A DNA stretch of 64,000 nt from Antedon mediterranea. Lineage: Eukaryota; Animalia; Echinodermata. Where the stretch lies: positions 35,102,304 through 35,166,303 of the forward strand of contig NC_092671.1 in assembly GCF_964355755.1 (NCBI RefSeq). The letters are read 5' to 3'. This document shows, one piece after another, positions 48,960 through 62,195 of this stretch; the first letter of the stretch is position 1, and each line of letters starts with the position of its first letter. Both the position numbers and the translations under genes were made by a program. The notes under the pieces are model-generated. The model was not told the origin of the DNA and searched no databases. It saw only the letters and a program-made list of their open reading frames with translations.

Positions 48960-49754
48960 GTGAGTAAAGTAAAGAAATACTGTATTTGATGACATTATCA
49001 TCAGCAGTCATTGTCCCACAGTACAGTAGCCACAGAGTGTGGGTGTCAAAAGGTGTGATTAGGAGTGATGGTACAGTATAATGATAATATTGAACTAGCT
49101 TGTGATAGGCATGGGTTCAAGCCTATCTGACCATAATGATTAAATTCTTAGGCAAGATGCTTACTCTCACTGCCTCGTCCTTCAGATGGGACATAAAGCC
49201 GTTTGTGGTTAGTTTGGTAATCTACACTACAGAGAATGAATGTTCGTGTGTACGTAGCTTACTTTAGAAACATAAATATTGCGAAAGTAAGCTACTGTTA
49301 CAATCCCAGTTTAGGTCATAAAGTACCTTTATTTTTTCATGTGCAACCCAGTATTAATTAAGTAATTAATACACTACAGTGTGTTGCATAATTCATGGAA
49401 TTAAAACTATAGTAAGTGGTTGATTCTCATGTTATGTTGTGTTCACATGCACTAAAGTATAGCATAGAACGCAGTCAAGGTGATCCAAATCTTATTAGTT
49501 TTGTATCATTCCCTAATGTATTGTAACTCAGATCATGGAGAAGTTACTCCAAGCTCAGATAAACTGTGTTTTCAGAGACTGTACATCCAATTTAACTTTA
49601 CAGTTAACTCTTGTTAGGTTTCAGAATGTAACGTCAGACAAGGTGTACAGTTATAGTAAATACATTCCCATTGCATAACACAGGTACCTACTTTATAATC
49701 GTGTAATGTTTGTGTTTGAACACAGAACAAACCACAGTAAAACTTAGGTTATAA

Positions 49755-51565
49755 AGCTCAGTCTACACTATCAAACTAGTTTGACAAAGATGTGCCCAAA
49801 TACCAAATATGATAGTAATTAATATGCCCAATTATGGTAGGTAGTGATATGACATCATCATGTGCATACTGTATATGAGCACATCATATTTTCAGGCCTC
49901 GAATTTGGGGATTTTAGGGGCAAGGCCATTTGGCCTCCGGTTTTCGTTGATTTGAGGGGCACCAAGGCCAAATGGGAGGGCACCAAGGCCATTTGTTTTA
50001 AATCGAAGGGGCACCAAGGCCAAAATTAAAAAATATTTTAATAACTAGGCCAAAATTAAAAAATAGCTTGTTTCCGGTTGAGCGCCCGGGTGGAATTTTT
50101 TTCAAAAAAAAAAAAATTCTACCCGCAAACATTTTTGGGGGAATTTCCCCTATTCATCAGATTGCGTAGTAGTAGTAGGAGAGGACTGTCTACATCTTTT
50201 TGTATTTCATTATATATAAATATTACGTGTATTTACGATCCATATAAATAATAATTATTAAGGTACGATGTTTAGCGTTCACAGTTGTTTCGTTTAGTTT
50301 CAAACAATGCGATAAAAAAAAGGCATGTGAAGCCAGGCCCAACAGGTAAAGACCCTACACTAAGGCGCAGCGGACGGAGAACACAGGTTACAATTTAAAC
50401 AATTTGTTTGTAGGCCTACAACTATTCATACACAGAGTGTTAACCACGGTAAAAATCAAGCCAATGACATTATGTTGTAGAATATAAATTATTGTTATTT
50501 TCCGAGTTTTGATTTCTGAAGCTTTTTTGTTAGTATAATCCATATTCATAAGAATTCAAAACACGGACGGACGCCGACCCCTCTCTCTCTGTTTAGGCTT
50601 CTGCACGTGTATTGTGGACTATACCATTTCCTTGAGTTCGGTAAAAACGCGTTTGTTAATTTAGTGTACGACGTCGTTAAACAAGATTTTTCGATGATCT
50701 GTCGGCTGGATTATTGAGGTGGGTGCGATAAAATATAAATATAATATACTTCCAACGATCTTCGGGTTGAGGTACCGGTTTAACTTTAGTACTAAAAGTT
50801 GACACCCCTAATTTTACACGTATAATGGAATGGACTACACCATGCAGGAACGCACATGGTATTTTCATATCAGAGGGTGCGTGTACGTCAAAAGGAATTG
50901 TTTTTCCAACGACCGATCCTCTTCGTGTGAAATTTCTTATCAGAGGGTGCGTGTGCGTCAAATGGAATTGTTTTCCCAATGTATTGAATCGCGTGTGCTT
51001 GATCGGTTCGGCGGCGGGAGGATAGGCTAGGCTAGGAGTGCGTGTAATTTTTTTTTCAACGAAGGCGGCTAGCTCGATTATTGAGGCGGGGGTGGTGCGA
51101 CTTTAATACTTCCAGTGACCTCCGATCGAGGAACGTTTTTAGCTTTATTATTAAAAGTGTACACCACTGTATTTTAATGTACTATCTATACCATTATTTA
51201 CCACGCACGGCGGCCGGGACGATATTGTTTTGGTTATATAAATATGTTCGATGTTTTCTCTAAGTAAATGCGTTTTTTAGGGAAATCCCCTTTACAACGA
51301 AGACAGGCGATAGTTTTGCGTCTCGTCCGATATTCTTGACATTATTTTCTATCTACTTCAGTGGTTTTTATTGTGGTAAAACTCGGGAAGGGCACTCACG
51401 GCCAACGCAAAAAAAAGGGCAGGCCAGTAGTGGCCGTGGGTGCTATTAATTTTCGAGGGCAGTGAGGCCAACTGGGAGGGCACCGACGGCACTGGCCGCG
51501 GTGGCCGCGGTAAAATTCGAGGCCTGTATTTTGTTACTAGTCGCATAAAGTTTGATAGTGTAGAC
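49755..51565. mobile_element. Harbinger-like MITE (copy 4) split by a nested insertion
   Basis: Left part 49755-49892 and right part 51533-51565 rejoin to the family consensus. Confidence 0.85.
49893..51526. mobile_element. 1.6-kb non-autonomous TIR element with 6-bp TSD (hAT-like)
   Basis: CAGGCCTCGAATTT / AAATTCGAGGCCTG TIRs, TATTTT on both flanks, subterminal GGCACCAAGGCC repeats, no transposase ORF. Confidence 0.88.
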
Positions 51566-52513
51566 TTTTCCAGTTACAAAATGACTTGTATAAAAATTAG
51601 CCATCAAAACTATGTGATTGATCTGGTAGATAGTCAAAATATAATCAGCTTTATTGTATAGACCTGCAGTTTCAACAATAGAGATCATCCAACCCAATGT
51701 ATGGTTGAAGCAGCCTTTTGTTGTACCCTGTGGGTGATAACACACTCGGATGCATCTAGTAGAAACACACCCTAAGACAGGTACAATAAAGGTAAATTAG
51801 TAAAATAATTTGTTCACAAATTAAGTCCCATTCCCTACATTTTTTAGATCTAATTTCAGGTCACAAACTGCATTGTACAATTAATAAGCCTCCTAACGAA
51901 AAACTCGTTTTAATTTATTCAAGTGACGCGAAAAAAACATCATTGATAGCAAGTAACGCTACATCGCTGTCACTTATTATAGGCTGGCGGCGGCAAAGTC
52001 GTTGTGGTTTACATAAAACTTTAATATTTGAAGCCTAACTAAGCGGATGAAATTTGAGGTTTTAAGGAAAAATTATTTTTGCAAGTTTTGCGAATGATAT
52101 AATTATTTTTTTCACAAATTGACAACCCCAATCGTAATTTGCAGAAATGCGAATGGGTAGCGTGAGCATCGCCTGTATGATGAGTTTAAAAATACCCATC
52201 AATTGTCATAATTTTACATTGGACCTACATTGGCTAGTCTTTATATTATAGTTTAATAATTGGAAAAATATACAGTAAAGCTAAATCATATTCATTAAAT
52301 AGGGTGTGTACAGTATGGTATGTATATTGTTAAAACATAATATTAATTTTTTATATTAATAATGTGTTGGCACACTAATTAATATAAAAATAGATACTGT
52401 TGTTTATGACTGATTATTATACCTTTGAACTCATTATACTATAAAGTAAATAAATGCCATCCATAAACTATGTGGAAACACACTTGGCCTTACTTTACTT
52501 TATAATTTGTATA

Positions 52514-53350
52514 CCGTATATTTCGGTGTATAAGTCGCACCTGTGTATAAGACGCACCCCCTAACTGAGAGTAAAATATCGGTATTTTTTATATCGTTGA
52601 TGTATAAGACGCACCTTATATTTCATCAAAACAATTTTTTATTAAATTGTAATCAATATATTGTAATAATATATTTTGTTACATCTACAACGGCGTCCTT
52701 TATTTAGGTTTTTTTCTTACCTAGGCTCGGCCGCGCCCAGCCTCAACAAGTTCTTTCTAACTTGTTATTCATGAGTTTCGCACCCGTAACATCGAGTGCA
52801 TGACCGTGTGTGTAACACGCACGTGTATGGGCTAGCCTCGCTCGATCATTTCGAGAGGGCGCACGTTTTCACGGACAATCGTATTCGATTAGTATCTATG
52901 TATCCGAGAAGTGTGTACGCTAGGTCCATGCTATAATCAACTGGAGAATATACTAGTCGAATACCGCACACCATGTGGCCGCCAAGAAGGGCTTGCGCTA
53001 GGGGTACGGCGGTCGGCGATCGTGCGTATAACTATTAATAAATACATTCCAATCGTATACGTTTACAAATGAAATTTTATCGGAGCGCCTAAAACAGCTC
53101 TATAATGAACAAATCTTTTCATCATATTTAGTATAACATCATGCTAAAATGCCTTGAAAACTAGGAAGAAACAGGTTGCCGTTACGTTATTACACTGTAG
53201 CTAGCCTAGGCCTAGCCGCGCCAACGAGGTGACGATTATGTACAATCATTCTGTGTGGTGAGGCATTTATGTTCGGTGTATAAGACGCACCCTTAATTTA
53301 GAGGTCAAATTTGCGTGTCAAAAGTGCGACTTATACACCAAAATATACGG
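52514..53350. mobile_element. Second copy of the 31790 element, inverted
   Basis: Same TIRs and TA TSD; sequence is the reverse complement of 31790-32645 with scattered indels. Confidence 0.92.
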
Positions 53351-54207
53351 TAATAAGTAGTACAATTTCACTAGCAGTCTTGCTACACTACAGACCTATA
53401 GGCTACTGTAAATAGGCTACTGTAGGCATATGAAAATTTATTGAGGAGAAGTATGCCAGAATCGTGTTTGATCACCTTAATCAAACATAAGAATATTTCA
53501 GTTAAGCTGCTTTCACATCACGCCCAGATTCAGTCCGGTGCCCCAAGAAACATATCAAAATGCCTGCTGCAATACTGACTGTGACATTTGTGGATATTGT
53601 TAATTTAAAATGAATGGAACTAAATGTTTAACTTTCGATAGATTAACAACGCAACTGATTTTAATTTTCAAATAGAAATACTAATGACCGAGCAATTCAT
53701 TGTTTATTTGAATACTTTGACCACAAACGAACTTTTGTAATTTCTTTTTTTTTTTTTAATAACAATAAAGAGACAGAGATCTTCACTGTGGATAAAGATC
53801 ATTAGTTTAGATTTAAAAAACTACAGAAATATTACACAAATATAGGACACTATTGTTTATTATGTCCCTACACAATTATGTATTATAGCCAAGCTTTCTA
53901 TTCGGATATTACTAAACCGCATCATTTAATTTATGATATAATAAATGTTATGGTACAGTCATATCAAGGTCGTGACGTTTGACCTACTGTTGTATGTTTT
54001 CAGACTGTTCTTAATACTTTTTCTAAGGAAGGCTCTGATTGGCTACTTGCCCTAAAAATGCTTATGCATATTAATGACTGATATACAGTAAAGTTGGTGA
54101 CTATTTTATTTAGAATGAATTGCTACAATAACAAGTATCGAAGTAAATTTGAAAATTGCGCATTACCATTACAATAGTTGTTGATTCTTTTACCAAGGTT
54201 AATATTA

Positions 54208-54361
54208 AGCTCTGTCTACACTATAAAAAAAAAGTGTGATGTGCCAAATATGGTAGTGATAGGCTCAAATATGGTAGTGATATGACATCATCATGTCCAT
54301 ATTATGGGCACATCACATTTTTTTGTCACATACTGTAAAGTTTGATCGTGTAGACAGAGCT
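54208..54361. mobile_element. Harbinger-like MITE (copy 5)
   Basis: AGCTCTGTCTACAC ... GTGTAGACAGAGCT, perfect 14-bp TIR. Confidence 0.85.
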
Positions 54362-55074
54362 TTTCTCACCATTGCCATCTGACCAAATAAATATTATATT
54401 CTAACTATCCAAGGAAAAAAATATATAATTTTAAATAAAACTTATCGAATGTTTTTCCAGTTTAAACCGAAAAAGCAATATTGTGTTCATGAGATTTTAT
54501 TTAAAAGATAAACACGACACGCTGTGTGATATTTCACTTGTATCTAATGGCTTACGATAACAGATGAGTTTAAGCTATCTAAACGCAACAGCTTTACTAC
54601 CATAATTCATGATACGATATATATATTGGTGTATGTGTTATTTACTGTAATTGGTTTAAAACATTGATATGAGAGGAAGTAAATTCAGTTAACCAAAACT
54701 TTGTTTTAATGACTTTCTACAGTATAGGATTGATATGCCTAATAATTAAGGGAATCAGACTAGAATGTGAGAGGCAATGGCTCGTCATTTGATTGAAAAT
54801 TGAAATTAAATATTTTTTAAAAATCTGGGAAATTATTCTTAGTTGTGTGTACCGTAGTCAAAAATTTAGTTTTTCTTGATTTGTGAATCAATCAATTGCA
54901 ATCAGTTGAAAATATTAACAATTATTTTATCCTGGCATTGGGTATTCCCTAACAATGCGCATCCCCTGTTAATTAATGGTCTACAGTATTCGTCTATTTA
55001 TTTATTTATTTATTAATATTAATTAATTTATTTATTCAGTTATTCTTATTACGGTAGCTTATTTAATGTAGCTA

Positions 55075-55230
55075 GTTTTTAGTGGGCCTCCTATCACAAG
55101 CCCCTTGGGGTTTCTTGGAGGTCCCTTTCATCGTTAAAAATATGTTTTACTCCTTGCTTGTTTTTGTTTGTTTTATGAGATGAATAAAGAGATTTATATT
55201 ATATTATATTATATTATTATATTATATTGA
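55075..55230 (+). mobile_element. Probable LINE (CR1/L2 group) 3' UTR remnant
   Basis: Hairpin GGGCCTCC...AAGCCCCTTGGGGTTTCTTGGAGGTCC, then AATAAA and an (ATATT)n tail. Confidence 0.5.
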
Positions 55231-55442
55231 ATATCTGTTGTACTGTTTTTCAATTGTTAAATAAAATTCTGATTATATCAATACAATACAATGCTTCCTG
55301 TAATTAGATTGAATATTTCCAATATCTGTGGTTAAATTTGCCTGTGGTTTATGACGTATGGCAATCCATCATTATCATCATTAATATAAATAGTGAATCT
55401 TTTTATTATTATACTGTGGTCTCTGTTATTGTTACGGTTTAA

Positions 55443-57459
55443 CTAGGTATCCCAATGAAAAAATTCAGATTAATTTTTTTACATTTTCTTTCAGTTAACC
55501 ATAAAGAACTTAATGTAATTAGCATTTTGCGATTTAAATGATTGAAATCCGATTACCCGTTCTAAAGTTATGGTTATTTAAAGTGGTAAAAAAATATACG
55601 ATTTTTTGCCTAAAAATGGTGTTTTTTGCAGTTGAAATTGGAAGCATTTTTAAAAGGTTATAACTTTTACAATAATTAGTTAAAAGTTTTGAATTTTGTT
55701 AAACCTATAGATATCACAGAGTTGTACAACTCTATTTTTTTTGGAGCCTCAACGAAACCTATTTTTAAAATTATTGGTCCGCAAAGTGGTAGGAAAGCAT
55801 TTAACGCCCATTTTTGCTGGAATTCCCTAAAAAATGAAAAAACTGCTATTTTTCAATGATCTGTAACTTTTGAACTACTGTACTAATTCATTTAATTTTT
55901 TTTGTACTTGTTAGAATGTAGTGTATATTTCATTAATAAATATATTTTAGATGTGTATATGAAAAAAAATAATTTTTTTAATGGTGAAATTTAAAATTAT
56001 AAAAAGAAAAAATGAAAAAGTATGTTAAAAACGGTGTGTACTGTTTCCTTTCTTTTACACTAATTTTCGGTAAGTATAATTATTAGAATATTTTAATATA
56101 CTTTATATTTATAATTTCAATCATAAATACTATTATATATAACTTTTGAATACGTAAAACAAGATTTTAGGCCCATATGATTATGACACCAAATCTAAGC
56201 CGGGCTGCTAAGTAAGATATGCTCTTTTAAGGCAAACGCACAATATGGGTCAAAATAAACTCATTTAAAATAATCAATGTTAATTAAAACAATTAATTGT
56301 TTACCTGAATAGTATATATAACATTATATAAATTGTTTTCTTTTCGTATTATTACGTTATTAAATTGAAATACGGAGCTAAAGTTTAGGCCAAGTCACGG
56401 CTTACTCGCGATCAGTAGTCGCTCCGTTAAAGTATTTCGGTCGCAGTTAATGACTTTCGGCCGCCGTATACAGAGTCAAATGTAACGTTGGTAAATTAGC
56501 TTAATAAATTTCCTCGGTACATTTTAACCTAACGCATTTGCATTGTATACTTGCATAATAAATCTTCCGCACATTACATCAATTTTAAGTTGTTAAATTA
56601 ATGTGTAAAACCAGATATTCTACGACGGAAAAGGACATGTCAATCTCCGACATCGCTGCTGTCACAAATCTCGCGTCGAGCCGGTCGAACTCGAGCGAGG
56701 AAAACTAAACAACGTGTTCAAAATATGGAACGTACCATTCGCTGATAGGGTGCATTAATGTATTTAACGGAAAACGCCACAACAAACACGCGCGTATTTT
56801 AGAGTACAATATTTTACTCACTACAATATTCACCGGATTATAATGGTTGGATCTTTAAAATTTTGAACGGGATTTACGCCTCATGCACCATTTTAAAATG
56901 TAGTTCGCTCAATTACCATGCACAATACGTTTGTAAGCTATGTTTTATCGATTTCAATGTAGATTTAGCTATAATTTAATACCAAAATCCATAATATTTT
57001 TCCATAAACGGTGAATCAAAATTGGATTTTTGTCACAAAAATTGACTTTTCGTTACGAAAAACCTATTTATAGAAGACGATTTTCGTATCAAATTAAAGC
57101 TTATTTAAAGCCTGATAACATACAACAAAAATTAATCCGCTAGCTCCAATGGTAATCGTGCGATCATGTTTTGAAAACTGATGGGGATTTTCCGATGAGG
57201 TTTTCAACGCGCGGAAATCGGCTCGACGGGATTTAAGAACCGTTTTAAAATCGCATTTTCTCGGCAACTAATTCATTAATTTTAATTATAAACACACTTA
57301 TACATAGATTAAAACAAGTACTTTCAAACAATATAAATTTTGTAAGTATTAATTAAGATTGAATACGATTTATTTAACATCAAAGTCATACTACTTTTTC
57401 GAATTTCGTCAATATTTCAAAAGTGATACCCCTCTGTGCGCTTTCATTGGGATACCTAG
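55443..57459. mobile_element. 2-kb non-autonomous TIR element, superfamily unclear
   Basis: Perfect 18-bp TIR CTAGGTATCCCAATGAAA / TTTCATTGGGATACCTAG; TTTAA on both flanks; CpG-richer interior; no ORF. Confidence 0.82.
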
Positions 57460-59590
57460 TTTAACAGTTGTCAATTTATAATTGATTGATCATGATTAAA
57501 GATAAAGATAATAATGAGATTCAGCCAAAAACTTGGGTAGGTACAGTAGTTTTTTGTTTTGTAAAAAGTTCTACAGTTTATTTGTGAATATGTCTGCGTT
57601 AAACACTACGTATACAAAGGATACACAATTATTTCATTCAAAAATAAGTTCAAAATGACAAAAAGTTTACAAACAATTTTGATATTTAAGACTGTTTTAA
57701 CAAACACTTTATTTCATGTTATGTATACCGTAGTTTCATTTGTATTACAAGTGTTTAATTTTTTTGTATAAGGTTTTATTTTAACTGTTTGTATTGTATG
57801 GAGGGAGGGCAGAATTTTAACTATTTGTTATTTTTCATTGGTGACCGAATAGATATTATTTTTACAGTAGTACATACAGATAATATTATATACTACCATT
57901 GTCACTTTGGTTGGTTTAAACCTGACCTGTAAACCAGCGACATACAGTATAGTCACTTCATTGATTAATTGATAGATTTAATTAATTGATAGATAGTTTA
58001 ATCTTTTTATCTATATCTATTTCTATATTATGAGATTGCCCATCAACAATATCATTTTATCTAAAAATGCAAGAAAATTATATTTTTGTTAGAGGTTTAA
58101 CAATTTCCGCCATGAGCCCTTGCCGGCCACGTGATCGCCTCCCTTTTGGTTTGTTTCCTCACTACTTAAGTCATGTGGATGCATTTTTTTCGTGCAAGTA
58201 TTTATAGTGTCACTGATACTGATAGAAATGCTACAAGCCTGAGCTATAATTATAATTCGACACCAAGTATGTACTGAAGAAGACTTTAGAAATAACCGAT
58301 AAAAGTCAAGGAATTCCGAATTTGCCCAAGTGTATCCGACGCGCTCAAGAAAACGAGAAAGTAATAGTAATCTTGGGATCGTTAAACAAGTAATAAGAAC
58401 GAAAGCTTTTTATTTCTAAAATCTTCTTCAATTTCTTCATGACATTATATGATCGTGAGATTTAAAACTAGGTTATGTGTAGCCCTAAGCGTGGGCAACT
58501 AAATCACACATTAATATCAGCCATTCAACCAACCGCACTACATCTGTTCATCTGTGTCTATTTCGATTTCCTTTTACGAAAATATTGTTAGTAAAAATGG
58601 TTAGTTAAGTTTTTAGTAGAAAACATATTTCAAAGTAAAGATCATATGGAATGTATTTTTCAGACTTGCGCTATGAATAATTTTTATGTTTATTATAATG
58701 TAGGCATTGATAGATTCCATTGTTCAAAACATTCTTAATTTCTATTCTACTACAGAATTCTACTATCTTCCTGGTTCATGGAGAGTGTGATACTTTTGAA
58801 ATGCTTATTCCGCATTATCTTTATCGGTAGTTTCAACTCTAACTTTCTATGCTTATTTGCGTTGGATTATTGTTGAAAATTTTCGCAAAATTTATTAGAT
58901 ATAAACATAAATTTATAATACAACAACGCTAAAGCTACTTTAGGCTCTTGAGGAGCATTCTTTGATTCACCTCGGTTTTAACTTTTCCAATTTGTTTGCG
59001 ATTAATCAGAACTTCTGGCCAATCACATGCCAAGTTACCGAGATATCTACAATGACTTCAAACTGTGTTACCGGTTCCAGGAAATTTTAAAGCATTTTCA
59101 TAGAATCACTGATAGTATCGTAAAATTCAATGCCTCGATTATAATGGAAACTAGAAATAAATAGTTTAATGACAAAAAAGTTCACTTCACCCATCCTCTC
59201 AATTCTCTAATTGTCTCTAGCTTTATTGAATAGAGCAGTAGACTCCGGTTATCGTCAACACATACGAACCCTATAGAAGGGTTGTTTATCCCTCCTAGGA
59301 TACTGTACAATCTTAATTTTTAGAGACTAATCTGTTTGATATATTTACTTAAATTGTTAAGTGTTCAAAATCATCATTATTGTATAACTGCAACTTTGTT
59401 CACATGGATGAAATAAAGTTTATCTGTATCTGTAAAATAAAAATTTGTTTGGTTTTGTTTATTTGGTTTCTCCACACATTGAATACAGAATAATTAATGA
59501 TGAAATGCAAAGAAGCTATAAGCCTTAAGATTTGACCATCGATGAAAATAAACCTCCAAATAATTAGACATTAAACTTTTATCTTTGTAG

Positions 59591-59676
59591 GGCTACGATG
59601 AAGGTGCCGAAGATGATCAATGGGAGGATGCAGGCTTCATTATCTATAAAGTGACCGACAGATTTGGATTCCTTCA
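59591..59676 (+). CDS. USP6NL: USP6NL-like exon B
   Basis: ttgtag|[30 protein letters not shown]|gtaagt; [11 protein letters not shown] is the USP6NL signature. Confidence 0.95.
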
Positions 59677-60876
59677 GTAAGTGGTGACTGTGTGACCATT
59701 AAAACCATGGGAAATAATGGTTCTATTCTAGTCGGCCGTCCGTGTGCGATTGAAATATGGTGTTAAAGATGATGTTTACCAAAATCATGCATGCTGAAGA
59801 AAACCATGGCCTTATTCATAAAAAAAATTTATCCTGAAAGATACAGTATTGTCCCCAAAAACATGAAAAATGAAGATAAATAAAAGCATTGGGAAATAAT
59901 GGTTCTAGTGAGCCGTCCGTGTGCGTGCGTTTACCAAAATCACCCATCAAATTAATGCTAAAGAAAACTATATGGCCTTATTCATTCATAAAAAACAATT
60001 AATCCTTAAATTTAATTTTGATTGATGATGGTCAAATGGAAGAATCAAACTTTTTAGAAAAAATACTCGGTTTTCCCCAATTTGTATTAAGGATTCAGCC
60101 AAAAACAGACAATTAATGCAGCGTACGATGTTTGTACGTTACCGCTGTTTACCAGCTAGGCCTACAAATCTAAGCCTAGCTAGGCTAGGCCTAAAGACCA
60201 TCCACGAGAGGACATTTGACGCGAGCTACTTCGGTAGTGCATTGTTTCTCTCGTTTTATCACAATTTAAACGTAAAAACTTATGACAAGAAATGACCTGG
60301 TTTAAAGTAACATGCATTATTTGTAATCAAAAATTGTAGGGATATTTGATTGTTTACTATCTATTAACATCCTAGTTCACAGCAGATACACATTAAAGTA
60401 CAAACCACAGCTCAAGATGTGATTACACGCACTTTAATTTAATGAAGTACTTAGTCCTAGTAATTGCCTTGTGTGCCCTAGGCAATTACTTCCCAATATT
60501 AAATGAACATAAAGATTTGAAATGACCTAACGTAATACGGTTTTTTTTACCTTTTTAATTTTTCTTTTATATCTAAATCAATTGATAGCCAAAAAATAAA
60601 AATAATGTAAAAAACACAAGCAAATTTATTCGGCATGTCATCAAGTACAATCTTGCCAGGAGCAAGCAATAGGCATAGGCCTGAACAGTAGGCTAACGTT
60701 AACACAACAATAATTTTTTATAAACAAAGTTAGCAAATTAGTTTAGAACAATTTATGAATGTGTTTAGAATTTGGAGATTTCAAAAACGTGACATGTAAT
60801 TTTGGATGTGTTGAAGATGTCCGTTGCTGCAAAAGAAATTTAAAATAAATGATGTTTTCTTTTCTTTCAACTACAG

Positions 60877-60919
60877 TAAAGATGTTATACCTCAAACTCT
60901 TTCAGAAGAAGAGAAAAAG
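60877..60919 (+). CDS. USP6NL: USP6NL-like exon C
   Basis: ctacag|T-KDVIPQTLSEEEKK|gtgagt; 43 nt, restores the frame between exons B and D. Confidence 0.88.
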
Positions 60920-61193
60920 GTGAGTTTGGAATATTTGCTATTTGAAAATCGAAACACAATTTGATTTTTTAAATACAGAAAACACGGATGTACAGTAGTT
61001 AATACATAAATGTTTAAGCTGTCAGGATCAGTTAAAATCTGCTTTTTAAAGCAATAAATAGAAGGAATTTTGAATGTTTACAATAATGGTATTGTCATTG
61101 TGTACAAAATTATTAGGAATTAAGATTTCTGAACAATATAGAATAGTAAACAATAATTATAATAATATGGATTTATATAGTGCACATACGTGT

Positions 61194-61400
61194 GGAGCTG
61201 TAGCTTGGTGGTTAACGTGCTTGCCTTCCAATCCCGAGGTCCCGGGTTCAATCCTGACCAAGTGCAGGGTTGTAACTCATGACTCTTTCAACTCCACTCC
61301 CTAAGCCTCAAATGAGACTTAGTTTATAAGCACGATAAATTATTAAATAGTTTATCTATCCTGTAATTGGCGAGTTACTCGCTGTTGGATGAGTATGAAC
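61194..61400 (+). mobile_element. tRNA-SINE (best-preserved copy of its family)
   Basis: TAGCTTGGTGG A box and GGTTCAATCC B box; shares its body with 35352 and 16385. Confidence 0.82.
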
Positions 61401-61476
61401 AAAAAAATACCGCTCAAGAGTACTCGAGGCGCGTAGAATCAGCGTTTTTAATTGTTTATACTAAATTACTTTACAG

Positions 61477-61557
61477 GCGAAGTTAACGGAGATAGAAAGG
61501 AGAGATAAATGGATGAAAATGTTGAAGCAATGGAAGAAATATGCTCCAAGTGAAAAG
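61477..61557 (+). CDS. USP6NL: USP6NL-like exon D
   Basis: ttacag|AKLTEIERRDKWMKMLKQWKKYAPSEK|gtagat, compare recalled EIERTTKWLKMLKGWEKY. Confidence 0.95.
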
Positions 61558-61834
61558 GTAGATATCCATCCATCATACAATATATGACCTACAAACAATT
61601 GTATTGTATCTATGGTTACAGACATCCAATACCATTTGTTGCCATGGTAATGACCAAGTTTTAGTTTTTAATCATCTTTTATTGGCCATTAGGCCCTTTT
61701 TACATATTATCTAGTCTAATTTTGATATTGAAATAATTTTTTACACTGGCTAAAACAAACTGATATAATTTTTACTATGTGTATTTATTGCTACTGTTTA
61801 TTGTTCAGAGGGGTTTTTAAGAGGGATCGGGGCG

Positions 61835-61915
61835 TTTTTATTTATTTATTTATTACCATCTTTACTGAGGGTAGCCTATCCCGTTCCTAATGGAACTGAT
61901 CATTTAGGGCCCTCG
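61835..61915 (-). mobile_element. Probable LINE 3' tail remnant
   Basis: Minus strand GAGGGCCC...GGCTACCCTCAGTAAAGATGG followed by (TAAA)n. Confidence 0.45.
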
Positions 61916-62195
61916 ATAAAACATACTATACAGTAAAACACATAAAATATTGAATATTCAAATGACATAATATAGGCCTAAAAATTTACAATGGTTATAA
62001 AATTCATATAGAAGTTAAAATCGTTGACAGATAAAATATATATATATACAATACGAACAATATTAGCTGGAAATTCGAGGTACATAGTAAAAATAATAAA
62101 TACCTCCTAGATTTGAAAAAATACAACACAATTAATATCGAGAAGTGATAAAAATACAGTAAAAATTGTATAAAAATGCTTAAACTTTTATATTA

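Noticed and set aside
50677-51745. Cluster of short ORFs in the hAT-like element as transposase remnants
   Set aside because: No BED finger, DDE or hAT dimerisation motifs are recognisable; the ORFs reflect higher GC.
58130-58360. Alternative internal promoter or exon of USP6NL (CACGTG, open frame ending AAA|gtaata)
   Set aside because: No in-frame ATG or good acceptor, and the donor is weak; unsupported without transcripts.
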